Notes under the pieces: model-generated
The model's database searches: none
What the model was told of the DNA's origin: nothing
The model's input: only the letters and a program-made list of their open reading frames with translations
In this document: in pieces, positions 1-8,836 of the stretch
Layout: the number at the start of each line of letters is the position of its first letter
How positions within the stretch are numbered: position 1 is the first letter of the stretch
Program-made: the position numbers and the translations under genes
Assembly: GCA_030066085.1 (NCBI GenBank)
Contig: JASJCI010000001.1
Coordinates: 132,380-196,379, forward strand
Direction of reading: 5' to 3'
DNA length: 64,000 bases
DNA from: Gammaproteobacteria bacterium
GTDB lineage: Bacteria > Pseudomonadota > Gammaproteobacteria > GCA-001735895

Positions 1-179
1 AGCGAAGCCATCTGCACCGACATGCGCCTTTCCTGGTCGCTGGCGGCGGCAAAACGATCGGGATGATAGGTCGACTGGAGGCGCTGTTGGGCACGCTGCA
101 GGTCAACCGAATCGATATCGAAAATCGCCTGCAGGCCGAACAACTCGAAGTAATTCTGGCTAGGATCCGGGGTTTGCAT
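1..179 (-). CDS. hscB: Fe-S cluster co-chaperone HscB, N-terminal J-domain fragment (continues beyond window start)
   Basis: Minus-strand ORF from ATG at 177-179, not in ORF track because it is truncated. Translation MQTPDPSQNYFELFGLQAIFDIDSVDLQRAQQRLQSTYHPDRF... carries the J-domain HPD motif. Position immediately downstream of iscA matches isc operon order. Confidence 0.6.
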   Translation of the reverse strand, partial: MQTPDPSQNYFELFGLQAIFDIDSVDLQRAQQRLQSTYHPDRFAAASDQERRMSVQMAS

Positions 180-188
180 CGACAGTGA

Positions 189-512
189 TCAGACGGTAAA
201 ACTCTCGCCGCAGCCGCAGGCGTCCTTGGCATTCGGGTTACGGAACTGGAATCCTTCCTGCAGGCCAACCTTGGCAAAGTCTACCTCGGTGCCGTCGAGA
301 TAGACGAGGCTCTTGCGATCGACGATCACCTTGATGCCGCGCGATTCGAAAACTTCGTCGTCGTCGTTGACCTCGTCGACGAATTCGAGCACGTAGGCCA
401 GCCCGGAGCAGCCCGTGGTCTTGACCCCGAGACGCAACCCGACTCCCTTGCCCCGGTTTGCAAGAAAGTGTTGTACGCGTTCCGCCGCGACCTGGCTGAG
501 TTCAATTCCCAT
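189..512 (-). CDS. iscA: Iron-sulfur cluster assembly A-type carrier IscA
   Basis: 107 aa, near-colinear with E. coli IscA ([27 protein letters not shown] ... CGCGESF, three conserved Cys). Confidence 0.85.
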   Translation of the reverse strand: MGIELSQVAAERVQHFLANRGKGVGLRLGVKTTGCSGLAYVLEFVDEVNDDDEVFESRGIKVIVDRKSLVYLDGTEVDFAKVGLQEGFQFRNPNAKDACGCGESFTV

Positions 513-523
513 CGAGATAGTCT

Positions 524-1672
524 CTATCCGGCCGCACGGCGCATGACCGCCGGCAACCTGTTAATCAAATCGTGCAGTTTCGACAGCAGTTGTTCGACAT
601 CGTCGAGACTGTTGTCCATGCCGAAGCTCGCACGCACCGCGTTCAGCGCGAGACCGTCGTCTACACCCATCGCCTTGAGCACGTGACTCGGGCTGGTGAC
701 TTCGCTGTGGCAGGCCGAGCCGCTGGAGAGGGCAAACCCGGCGCGATCGAGCTCCATCAGCAGCGTTTCGCCGTGATAGTACGGTACCGCAAAATAAGTC
801 GTGTTCGGCAGCCGGGGCGCTCCCGCGCCAAATACGACGCTGCCGGGTATATCGGCGAGGCCAGCTTCGAAGGCGTCTCGCAGCTCCTTCATGTGGCGCT
901 CGCGCGCGCCCATTTCAAGCCTTGCGAGCTGGGCTGCCTTGCCGAGACCGACGATCAGCGCGACATTTTCGGTACCCGCCCGGCGCTGTTTCTCCTGCTC
1001 GCCACCGGCGATCAATGCCCGCCGCGGTTTGGACCGCGTAACCAGCGCCCCGATACCCTGCGGCCCGCGCATCTTGTGCGCGGAGAAACTGATCGCGTCG
1101 ACATCGGTCTGCGCCAGGTCCAGCGGCAGCTTGCCGACCACCTGGGTTGCGTCGCTGTGTAGCAGGCAGCGCTCGCGTTCGACCATGGTCGCCAGGGTAT
1201 CGACCGGCTGCATTACGCCGGTTTCGTTGTTGGCCAACTGCACGGTCATCATCTGCGGATCGGCCGCGGCCAGCACTGTCGCCGAGGCATCGAGATCAAC
1301 CCGGCCATCACTGTTTATCGGCAGCCAGACTACGTTTCTGCCCTCGGCTTCGAGCTGATGCAGGGGCTCGATCACGCTGGGATGCTCGGTAGCGGCGCTG
1401 ACTACCGGTCGATCGGACCGGTAGTCGAGAAACCCCTTGATGAACATGTTGTTGGCCTCGCTGCCGCCCGAGGTGAATATGATCATCTCGGGTGTACAGT
1501 TCAGCAGTTCGGCAACCTCGGCGCGCGCCGACTCGATCGCCGATCGAGCCATGCGGCCAAAGCTGTGCAGGCTGGAAGGATTAGCCGGCGGTTGCTGCAA
1601 AAACGGCATGATGGCCGCGGCAACCTCAGGGTGCATCGGTGACGTGGCGTTGTGGTCGAGATAAATCGCCAT
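524..1672 (-). CDS. iscS: Cysteine desulfurase, short NifS/IscS-like class V aminotransferase
   Basis: 382 aa with PLP-lysine region [16 protein letters not shown] and active-site SSGSACHS motif. Lacks the C-terminal extension of E. coli IscS. Sits between iscR and iscA. Confidence 0.85.
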   Translation of the reverse strand: MAIYLDHNATSPMHPEVAAAIMPFLQQPPANPSSLHSFGRMARSAIESARAEVAELLNCTPEMIIFTSGGSEANNMFIKGFLDYRSDRPVVSAATEHPSVIEPLHQLEAEGRNVVWLPINSDGRVDLDASATVLAAADPQMMTVQLANNETGVMQPVDTLATMVERERCLLHSDATQVVGKLPLDLAQTDVDAISFSAHKMRGPQGIGALVTRSKPRRALIAGGEQEKQRRAGTENVALIVGLGKAAQLARLEMGARERHMKELRDAFEAGLADIPGSVVFGAGAPRLPNTTYFAVPYYHGETLLMELDRAGFALSSGSACHSEVTSPSHVLKAMGVDDGLALNAVRASFGMDNSLDDVEQLLSKLHDLINRLPAVMRRAAG

Positions 1673-1679
1673 GGCGAAA

Positions 1680-2135
1680 CTAGAGGATCGACGACTTCTG
1701 GCGCAAATCGTGCGCGCGCGATATCTCGCGCACCTCGTCCTTGGCGATCATGTCCGCCAGTGAAATCGTGGTCAGGAAGTTCTCGATCTCGGCACTCAAC
1801 TCTTCCCAAAGCTGCTCGGTCAGGCAGGGTTCGTAGCCGCCGCCGGACCCGTTGCCGCGACGCTCATCGACCCGGACCACTTCGTCGACGGCATTGATCA
1901 CGTCGGCAATACAGACCCGGTCGGGGCTGTTACCGAGGCTGTATCCGCCACCGGGCCCGCGCGTGCTCACGACCAGCTTGTTGCGTCGCATCTTGGCGAA
2001 CAATTGCTCGAGATAAGACAGGGAAATACCTTGCCGCACCGAGATATCGGCGAGGGAGACAGGACCCTGGTCGGAATGCATGACCAGGTCGAGCAGTGAA
2101 GTCACTGCGTAACGGCTTTTGGTGGATAATCGCAT
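1680..2135 (-). CDS. iscR: Rrf2-family transcriptional regulator IscR
   Basis: 151 aa Rrf2 wHTH (MRLSTKSRYAVTSLLDLV...SLADISVRQGISLSYLEQLFAKMRRNKLV) heading the isc operon. Confidence 0.8.
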   Translation of the reverse strand: MRLSTKSRYAVTSLLDLVMHSDQGPVSLADISVRQGISLSYLEQLFAKMRRNKLVVSTRGPGGGYSLGNSPDRVCIADVINAVDEVVRVDERRGNGSGGGYEPCLTEQLWEELSAEIENFLTTISLADMIAKDEVREISRAHDLRQKSSIL

Positions 2136-2195
2136 CGTTGAAGGCGTCAGTGTTTGACCGCGTCAGTATACAATCCTGACTAAAATGGTCAACTA

Positions 2196-3491
2196 TTATC
2201 GAGCCAGTTTGACCGTAACCCCTGTGCCCTGTCCCGGGACGCTGTCGATGTGCATTTCGCCGCCGTGCGCGACGACGATGAGGTGACACAGGTAAAGCCC
2301 GAGCCCGTAGCCACCGGTGTCGCGCTGGCGCGCGCTGTCCGGACGGTAAAAAGCCTCGGTCAGGCGCGGAATCTCGTCGGCTTCGACACCGATGCCGGCA
2401 TCGGTGACGGTAATCACGAGCTGTTGCTGCAAGGCCTGCAGGCCGACTTCGATTGGCCCATCCTCGGGGCTGGAATAACGACCGGCGTTGTCGAGCAGGT
2501 TCTTCAGCAGCAGGCGCAGGCGCAGGTTGTCCACCTCGGCCTCGACGGGTGCAAGCTTGGCCACGATACGATCCCTGCAGGCGTGGTCCGCGATCACCGA
2601 TTCGATCAGCTCATGCACGGCACAGCGGCTCTTGTTGAGCGGAGCATGGCGGTCGCCAAGCCGTTCCGACTCGAGGATCGCGCCCACCAGCGCCTCCATT
2701 TCCCGCAGGTCCTCGATCAACTGTTGCTGCGTTTCGCCGGGTTCGAGCAATTCGAGGTTTACCCGCATTCGCGTCAGGGGGGAACGCAGCTCGTGGCTGA
2801 TCGCAAGCAGCAAACCCGACTTGGCATCGAGCATCGAGCGAATCCGTTCCGACATGCGATTAACGCCGCCGGCCAGCAACGCCAGTTCACGGCTACCGCT
2901 TTCATCCAGCCTTTGCTCGAGATCACCGTCGCCGATCTTGTCGACCTGTTCCGAGATCGCCGCAATGGGACGAAACAGGCGACGAATGGCCAGGTACAAC
3001 AGCAGCAGCGCCCCGCCGAGAACGACGAACAGCACCCAGAATCGCTGCCGGGATCCACGGTTGAAACGCTCGTCCAGCGTGAACAGGTAGCGATAGCTCC
3101 CGCGCTCGACCAGCAACAGCTCATCCCGCCGGTGATGGCCGATGAAAACCCCGTCATACGGCGGCGGGGCTGGCCGCAGGCGATAGCTGTACACGGGGCG
3201 CAGACGCGGGGTCGACGACCAGTCCACGCCCGGGCCCTCCACTCTTATTTCGAATGGCAGGCTGGCGGCCAGGTTGGCCGCGGTATCGAGGTCCGGCGGC
3301 GTGCCGATATCGGCAATGATGTAATCGATGTATCGCTCGACGTTGGGCAGAATATCGCTGCGGAAATGCGGTTGAAAGCGATAGGCGAAACTGGCGGCCA
3401 GGAGCAGGCCGATCGCCAGCATCGAGAGCAGGAAATAAAACAGCAGCCTGAAGACCAGGCTTTGCCAGCGCCTGCGCAGAAAATTCAGCAT
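2196..3491 (-). CDS. Two-component sensor histidine kinase, CpxA/EnvZ-like envelope-stress type
   Basis: 431 aa with two N-terminal TM segments, HAMP, H-box (LLLAISHELRSPLTRMRVNLELL) and HATPase (DTGGYGLGLYLC...GQGTGVTVKL). Start overlaps the upstream response regulator stop by 1 nt. Confidence 0.85.
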   Translation of the reverse strand: MLNFLRRRWQSLVFRLLFYFLLSMLAIGLLLAASFAYRFQPHFRSDILPNVERYIDYIIADIGTPPDLDTAANLAASLPFEIRVEGPGVDWSSTPRLRPVYSYRLRPAPPPYDGVFIGHHRRDELLLVERGSYRYLFTLDERFNRGSRQRFWVLFVVLGGALLLLYLAIRRLFRPIAAISEQVDKIGDGDLEQRLDESGSRELALLAGGVNRMSERIRSMLDAKSGLLLAISHELRSPLTRMRVNLELLEPGETQQQLIEDLREMEALVGAILESERLGDRHAPLNKSRCAVHELIESVIADHACRDRIVAKLAPVEAEVDNLRLRLLLKNLLDNAGRYSSPEDGPIEVGLQALQQQLVITVTDAGIGVEADEIPRLTEAFYRPDSARQRDTGGYGLGLYLCHLIVVAHGGEMHIDSVPGQGTGVTVKLAR

Positions 3492-4155
3492 CAGCGGTCT
3501 ACGAACTGGTAGCCGTGGCCGCGCACGGTGCGGATGATCTCGGGTCGTTCGAGCTTGTGTCGCAGGCGACTGACGAGTACGTCGATCGCGCGGCTATAGA
3601 TGTCGGCATCGACGCCACGCAGCGCCAGCATGATGTCGTCGCGCGACAACACCCGGTCACGGTTGCTAACCAGTAAATCCAGCAGGCCGAACTCGGCCGC
3701 GGTCAGCGGCAGCGGCTGGCCGGAGCGGGTCAACACCTTCTTTTTCCGGTCGAGCAGGAATTCGCCGATTTCGACAGCCTCGCCGTCGCCGGACTGGCGG
3801 CTGCGGCGGAAGATATTCTGGATACGCGCCACCAGTTCGCGTGGTTCGAAAGGCTTGGGCAGATAATCGTCGGCACCGAGTTCGAGACCAACGACCCGAT
3901 CCATGACTTCACCGCGGGCGGTCAGCATCACGATCGGAACATCGCTGAACTGGCGTATGCGTCGACAGGTTTCGAAACCGTCGATCCCGGGCAACATGAC
4001 GTCGAGAATGAGCAGGTCGAAGCTATCCCGGCGGATCCGCTCGATAGCCTCCAGCGGTCGTGTTTCAGCCTCGAGTGCCAGGTCGAAACGCGTGAAGTAT
4101 TGTTGCAGCGCTTCGGCCAGGCGTTCGTCATCGTCGATGATCAGGATTTTATGCA
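3491..4155 (-). CDS. OmpR-family response regulator
   Basis: Receiver (MHKILIIDDDERL...LILDVMLPGIDGF...KPF) plus winged-helix C-terminus (VLTRSGQPLPLTAAEFGLL...TVRGHGYQF). True start taken at MHKIL (ATG 4153-4155), not the upstream track start at 4231. Confidence 0.85.
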
Positions 4156-4233
4156 TCAGCCGGGGCCAGTCAGGCGGAACCCTATTGTACCGCGCGGCCT
4201 CCGCCAGGGAAGCCGCGCGGCGCTTGCACACGC

Positions 4234-4707
4234 TTACTGCGAACCGGCGTGACTGCCGTGCCGGTGGCGGTAGTGTTGCCGACGATGCTCGATAAATTCA
4301 CCCAGCTCCTGCTTCTGTCCGGGTTGCAGCGAATCGAGGAAAAGCGCGAGCGAAGCGATTACCTCGGGAGCCTTGTCGTCCAGCATGCGGGTTTTTTCGC
4401 GCACCATCTGCAGTGCCAGCGCCTGGTCGAATACGGGTGCAGTCAGCATTTGCTCGACCTCGGCCAGCTGTTCGGCCTTGCTGGCACGGGCATCGATGAC
4501 AATTTGCGCCACGAGTTCGGCAAGGGCAGCAAAATTCTGCCGCTGCAAATCGTCGAGTTCGAGATGTTTGCTTACCCGCTCGGTGGCAAACTCGACCTTT
4601 TCCGCTGGCGTCATGTGCCAGTGGCCGTGCTTGGCGAAGGCATAGGCAGCTCCGGTGCTGCCGATAATCAGGACGGTTGCTGCGATCAGGGTTCGGGATG
4701 TTTTCAT
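4234..4707 (-). CDS. Periplasmic CpxP/Spy/ZraP-family (LTXXQ) stress protein
   Basis: 157 aa with signal peptide MKTSRTLIAATVLIIGSTGAAYA, LTxxQ-like repeats (LDDLQRQNF, LQPGQKQELGEF) and His-rich C-terminus. Directly upstream and co-directional with the response regulator/kinase pair. Confidence 0.6.
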   Translation of the reverse strand: MKTSRTLIAATVLIIGSTGAAYAFAKHGHWHMTPAEKVEFATERVSKHLELDDLQRQNFAALAELVAQIVIDARASKAEQLAEVEQMLTAPVFDQALALQMVREKTRMLDDKAPEVIASLALFLDSLQPGQKQELGEFIEHRRQHYRHRHGSHAGSQ

Positions 4708-4823
4708 GGCCTTGTCTCCGTTGAGTGATTGACGAAGACCAGTGTATGCAGCCGCCCGTTACCAAGCCTCTCGGGCCGGTAACGATTTGTAACACAATGT
4801 AACGCTGCCGCGAGCGGCGCGTA

Positions 4824-5549
4824 TCACCGCTCGAGCCGTCGATCGAACGCGCTCAGGGTGCCACGCAGGATGTTGATTTCATTGCGGGTCAGGTCCGAAC
4901 GCAGGTAAAGCCTGCGCAGGCGCTGCATGATCTGCCCCGGCTTTTGCGGATCGAGGAAACCGCTGCGCTCCAGGTTCTGCTGGAGGTGGCTAAAAAAAGA
5001 CTCGACCTCCGCGCTGTTTGCGCGCGGCTCCTGTGGTTCGGCCTCCTCCACGGGATTACTCGCGTGCTGGTGAGCGAAAATCTGGTAACACAGGATTTGA
5101 ATGGCCGCGGCGACATTGAGCGAGCCGAACTCGGGATTGGTCGGGATAACCACCATGCGATTGCAAAGCTGCAGCTCGTCATTGCTGAGACCGGAATGCT
5201 CCGGGCCGAATACGATTGCCGCGCGCGAGCCGGCAGCCTGCTGCTGCAACCATTCGGCTATGCCGCGGGGATCGCTTTCGGGCCAGCTCAGCGAGCGGCG
5301 GCGGGCCGAGGTTGCAACAACGCAGTTACAGTCGGCGATGGCATCGGCCAGCCCGTCGTGGAACTGGCAATCGTCGAGAATATGATCGGCCCCGGAAGCG
5401 CGCGCATAGGCCACGGCATCGATATCACATTGTGGATCGACCAGCGCCAGTCGGCTGAAACACATCGTGTGCATGGCGCGGGCCGCCGCACCGATGTTGC
5501 CGGGATGGGTTGTGCCCACCATGACGATCTTGATCTCCTGCGTCAACAT
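4824..5549 (-). CDS. trmJ: tRNA (cytidine/uridine-2'-O)-methyltransferase TrmJ (SpoU family)
   Basis: 241 aa SPOUT methyltransferase (VMVGTTHPGNIGAAARAM ... VFGPEHSGLSNDEL ... SLNVAAA). Conserved position between suhB and iscR as in enterobacteria. Confidence 0.8.
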   Translation of the reverse strand: MLTQEIKIVMVGTTHPGNIGAAARAMHTMCFSRLALVDPQCDIDAVAYARASGADHILDDCQFHDGLADAIADCNCVVATSARRRSLSWPESDPRGIAEWLQQQAAGSRAAIVFGPEHSGLSNDELQLCNRMVVIPTNPEFGSLNVAAAIQILCYQIFAHQHASNPVEEAEPQEPRANSAEVESFFSHLQQNLERSGFLDPQKPGQIMQRLRRLYLRSDLTRNEINILRGTLSAFDRRLER

Positions 5550-5638
5550 TTTGCCGTGCCTCCTGGTTATCCACGCCGCTGGTTTCCGCGTCCCCCGTTT
5601 GCTAGACTGCGCGCCGTTTCCAGCTGCCGGTCCCGCCC

Positions 5639-6424
5639 ATGCAAGCCATGCTCAACATCGCGATACGCGCGGCCCGACAGGCGGGGGATTTTATTCTGCG
5701 CAAGGTCAACAAGCTACCCGACTTGCAGATCGAAGTAAAAGCGCGCAACGACTATGTCAGTGAAGTCGACCGTGGGGCCGAGGCACGCATCATCGAAGCC
5801 CTGCTGAAGGCCTACCCGCAGCACGGTATCCTGGCCGAGGAAGGCGGTGCCCACGAAGGTGACGGCGAGTACCGCTGGATCATCGATCCTCTCGACGGCA
5901 CTACCAACTTCCTGCACGGATTTCCGCACTACGCGGTATCGATTGCCTGTGAACAGCACGGGAAACTGCTGCATGGCGTCGTCTACGATCCGTTCAAGCA
6001 GGAGCTGTTCGCGGCCAGCCGCGGCGACGGCGCCACCCTTAACAACCGCAAGATCAGGGTCGGCAAGGCCAGGTCGCTTCAGGGCACCCTGCTGGCAACC
6101 GGTTTCCCGTTCCGTAATCGCGATCAGCTCGACAGTTTTCAGCGCCTGTTTGCTGCCTTCTACGACGATGTCAGCGATATCCGCCGCGCAGGCTCGGCAG
6201 CGCTGGACCTGTGTTACGTTGCAGCCGGCCGACTGGATGGTTACTGGGAGTCAGGCCTCAGTGCCTGGGATCTCGCCGCCGGGGCGCTGATCGTGCGCGA
6301 AGCGGGCGGGCTGGTTACCGACTACGCAGGCGATGAAAACTTTCTCGAGAAAGGCGAAGTCGTGGCGGCGAACCCGAAAGTCCTGGCCGAGATGCTGCGC
6401 CAGATTCATCGTAACCGAACCTGA
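5639..6424 (+). CDS. suhB: Inositol monophosphatase family protein SuhB
   Basis: 261 aa with IMPase motifs (WIIDPLDGTTNF, metal-binding DP.DGT, GG...DY). Colinear with E. coli SuhB N-terminus MLNIAVRAARKAG. Confidence 0.85.
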   Translation: MQAMLNIAIRAARQAGDFILRKVNKLPDLQIEVKARNDYVSEVDRGAEARIIEALLKAYPQHGILAEEGGAHEGDGEYRWIIDPLDGTTNFLHGFPHYAVSIACEQHGKLLHGVVYDPFKQELFAASRGDGATLNNRKIRVGKARSLQGTLLATGFPFRNRDQLDSFQRLFAAFYDDVSDIRRAGSAALDLCYVAAGRLDGYWESGLSAWDLAAGALIVREAGGLVTDYAGDENFLEKGEVVAANPKVLAEMLRQIHRNRT

Positions 6425-6449
6425 CAACGATCGGACAGGTTCAGACCAC

Positions 6450-7049
6450 CTAGCGGTAGTTTCGCAGCTGGCCCACCAGCACGCCGTGGATCGTGACCCT
6501 CTCGGCGGGGTAAATCATCGGTTCCATCTCCGGGTTTTCCGGGATCAGGGCGACCTGGTCGTCACCCCGGCGCTTGAAACGCTTGAGTGTTGCCTCGGTG
6601 CGATCGACCATCGCGACGACGATATCACCGTCGCGGGCTACCGGCTGCTTGCGAATGATAACGTAGTCCTCATCGAGAATTCCGGCATCGACCATCGAAT
6701 CCCCGGTCACTCGCAGCGCAAACAACTCCGGCCCCATGAACATTTCGGCGAGGTTCAGTTCCTGCTGGTCCTCGATCGCCTCGATCGGCATACCGGCGGC
6801 GATCCGTCCGGCCAGCGGTATGGTCGGCGGACTGACCAGTGGCAGCTCCACCAGGCTCATGCCGCGCGAATTGTTCTTGATACGGTTAATGTAGCCCTTG
6901 TCTTCGAGCGATTGCACGTACCGATGTATGGTCCCGTGCGATGCCACGCCGATTGCCATGCCGATCTCCCTGAACTTGGGGGCATAGCCGTGCTGGGCGA
7001 TATAGTTGCGGATGAACTGGAGTGTCTTGTGTTCCTGCGAAGTCAGCAT
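6450..7049 (-). CDS. lexA: LexA repressor (SOS regulator, S24 peptidase)
   Basis: 199 aa with N-terminal wHTH (LTSQEHKTLQFIRNYIAQHGYAPKFREIG), Ala-Gly cleavage site context and Ser/Lys dyad region (VTGDSMVDAGI...KRF.). Confidence 0.9.
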   Translation of the reverse strand: MLTSQEHKTLQFIRNYIAQHGYAPKFREIGMAIGVASHGTIHRYVQSLEDKGYINRIKNNSRGMSLVELPLVSPPTIPLAGRIAAGMPIEAIEDQQELNLAEMFMGPELFALRVTGDSMVDAGILDEDYVIIRKQPVARDGDIVVAMVDRTEATLKRFKRRGDDQVALIPENPEMEPMIYPAERVTIHGVLVGQLRNYR

Positions 7050-7124
7050 GATGCGGCCCGTCTTCTCATTTTATTCTCATCGAGCATAGAGAAAAAAACG
7101 AGAACATGCAAGCCATGATCAGCG

Positions 7125-7673
7125 TCAGGCGACAATCGACGAATCGATTAAACGATTCTTCTTCATGAATTCGCGCACCTCGTTGTACCACTCGTGGGTG
7201 TCCACCAGCGTCGTGGTGTCATCGCCCGAGAGATTCTCCACCGGGCGCGGGCGCAACCAGTTCTTGGGGCCCGATCTGATCGTCGCGAATTCATCCATCA
7301 GGAACAGTCCGCCTCGCTGCCGCGCGCTACCGCGATGAAACAGCTGGTGCCCGCGCCAGATCGAAACCGTCGCTGCCATCAGCTGGTCCGAGTCGGTAAT
7401 ACGACATTCGCTGTAGCCGCCCTTGGCTTTCTTCATGCCCAGGTCGTCCTGCAGGAACTGTTCTTCCGGGTCGCCGAACAGACGCATGTTGATCGCCACC
7501 GCGCTGCTCCACTGGAACTGGAACATGATGAAACGGCGCTCGTCGTCCGGTGTCCACCAGCCGTCCCTGCGGGTAAACACCATGCCGGGTTCTAGACTGT
7601 ACGCATATTTCACCAGGGCCTTGCCGTAAATGGTCAAATGCTCCAGCTGCTGTACTTCATCGAATATGCTCAT
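7125..7673 (-). CDS. Hypothetical protein (no recognisable domain)
   Basis: 182 aa ORF, co-directional and 75 nt upstream of lexA. Lies in a locally AT-richer segment. No motif I can assign. Confidence 0.45.
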   Translation of the reverse strand: MSIFDEVQQLEHLTIYGKALVKYAYSLEPGMVFTRRDGWWTPDDERRFIMFQFQWSSAVAINMRLFGDPEEQFLQDDLGMKKAKGGYSECRITDSDQLMAATVSIWRGHQLFHRGSARQRGGLFLMDEFATIRSGPKNWLRPRPVENLSGDDTTTLVDTHEWYNEVREFMKKNRLIDSSIVA

Positions 7674-7694
7674 TGATATGTCCTGGAATTCGTT

Positions 7695-8096
7695 TTAGTC
7701 GCGAAATTTTTCCGCCTTCTTGAATTCGACGTCCTGTGGTCTTTTGATCTGCAGCATTATCCATGCGTTCGAAATCTTGTTGCCGCGCATGGCATTGCAG
7801 ACTTTTGCCGGCGATTTATATGCCTTGTCGTTGTAATAAAAACGTCCGTCCCTGAGCGTCGCTACCTGCCATTGGTCGAAGTAACGCGTGCGTAGTTCAG
7901 TACCCGGCGGCAATTCCACCTGGTCCCAGATGTAACCGCCTTCGCGGTATCCCGGCCTGGTTTCGTGGTCTTCGGCTGTGCGGTCGAGAAAGTCACCGAT
8001 CACGTCGTCGATCGCTAGCGGATAGTCCTCCTTGTAGCGCTCGATCAGCCGCAACAACAACTCGTTGTTGAGCGGAACGTAAGTCGTGTTTTTCAT
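7695..8096 (-). CDS. Hypothetical protein (no recognisable domain)
   Basis: 133 aa ORF, 21 nt upstream of the 182-aa ORF on the same strand. First gene of a putative three-gene unit ending in lexA. Confidence 0.45.
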   Translation of the reverse strand: MKNTTYVPLNNELLLRLIERYKEDYPLAIDDVIGDFLDRTAEDHETRPGYREGGYIWDQVELPPGTELRTRYFDQWQVATLRDGRFYYNDKAYKSPAKVCNAMRGNKISNAWIMLQIKRPQDVEFKKAEKFRD

Positions 8097-8099
8097 GGC

Positions 8100-8135
8100 T
8101 ACTCTATTAAGTACTTTATAGTGCTTATTAGAGTA
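8100..8135 (-). promoter_or_regulatory. Imperfect 12-bp inverted repeat TACTCTATTAAG-N12-CTTATTAGAGTA abutting the start codon of the 133-aa ORF
   Basis: Read directly: arms at 8100-8111 and 8124-8135 with 11/12 complementarity and a 12-nt spacer, 4 nt from the ATG at 8096. Candidate operator or RBS-sequestering hairpin. Confidence 0.3.
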
Positions 8136-8420
8136 ACAACAATCAGATTGCGAATCAACCCTGGTTCAGGGATGCGTTTTTCAGGCTCAGGGAGGAATTC
8201 GATCCAGGGCGCGGATCCCGTGGATTCACCAGAGCAAGAGTCGATCGGGCAAACTACCCAAAGTGGGGCAGAACGCCGATGTCTGCATCGGCGACGACGT
8301 TCGAAGTCGCCCTTCTCAGGTGAGATCAGCGGGTGATTTGGTGCTCAAAGGAACCGATGTGTTACGGATTTACCCACTGACAAATAAAGAATAATCAGTA
8401 TCGGTTTTTTCAGGGGCTTT

Positions 8421-8436
8421 TGGGCGCGGATTCGCA
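8421..8436 (+). promoter_or_regulatory. Candidate sigma-54 (-24/-12) promoter TGGGCGCGGATTCGCA upstream of DUF4212-symporter operon
   Basis: GG and GC dinucleotides at the canonical 10-nt spacing of TGGCAC-N5-TTGCW, about 145 nt upstream of ATG 8579. An NtrC-family activator (CbrB-like) is encoded nearby. The match is weak (TCGC for TTGC). Confidence 0.25.
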
Positions 8437-8578
8437 TTGGACGCGCTTTAGGGGTATCCCGGGATTTGATATTGTGCAGCGCAACAATCAAGGCTCTGTC
8501 TTTCGCTTCCCGTCCGACAAGAGTCCTCAACCAACAGCGACGGGAAAACACAAACCTTACAAGGGGGCATTAATAACA

Positions 8579-8824
8579 ATGCAAAATCTGACCTACTGGC
8601 AGAAAAATCTGCGCCTGATCTTCCGCTGCCTGGCGATCTGGTTCGTGGTCTCTTACGGATTCGGCCTGTTGCTGGTCGAACCGTTGAACTCGATCCGACT
8701 GGGCGGCTACAAGCTGGGATTCTGGTTCGCTCAACAGGGCTCGATCTACGTGTTCTGCGTGCTCGTTTTTTACTATGCCTGGGCGATGAACAAGCTCGAC
8801 CAGGAATTCGACGTCAAGGAATAG
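8579..8824 (+). CDS. DUF4212 small membrane protein (small subunit partner of SSF-family symporter)
   Basis: 81 aa from internal ATG 8579 (MQNLTYWQKNLRLIFRCLAIWFVVSYGFGLLLV...) with two TM helices and RBS-like AAGGGGG upstream. Immediately precedes the SSF symporter, as in actP/yjcH-type pairs. Confidence 0.7.
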   Translation: MQNLTYWQKNLRLIFRCLAIWFVVSYGFGLLLVEPLNSIRLGGYKLGFWFAQQGSIYVFCVLVFYYAWAMNKLDQEFDVKE

Positions 8825-8836
8825 GAGCGTAACGAC

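Noticed and set aside
2250-3512. 420-aa plus-strand ORF antisense to the histidine kinase gene
   Set aside because: GC-rich antisense artefact. Low-complexity Q/A/R-rich translation with no motifs, whereas the opposite strand encodes a complete HAMP/HisKA/HATPase kinase.
7050-7125. Search for canonical SOS box CTGT-N8-ACAG upstream of lexA
   Set aside because: No match found in the 75-nt region or further upstream to 8580. Only a TCTCAT direct repeat is present, so no LexA box is annotated there.
8121-8551. Two small ORFs (71 aa plus strand, 68 aa minus strand) in the 480-nt region upstream of the DUF4212 gene
   Set aside because: No RBS and low-complexity translations. The region is better interpreted as the regulatory leader of the symporter operon.
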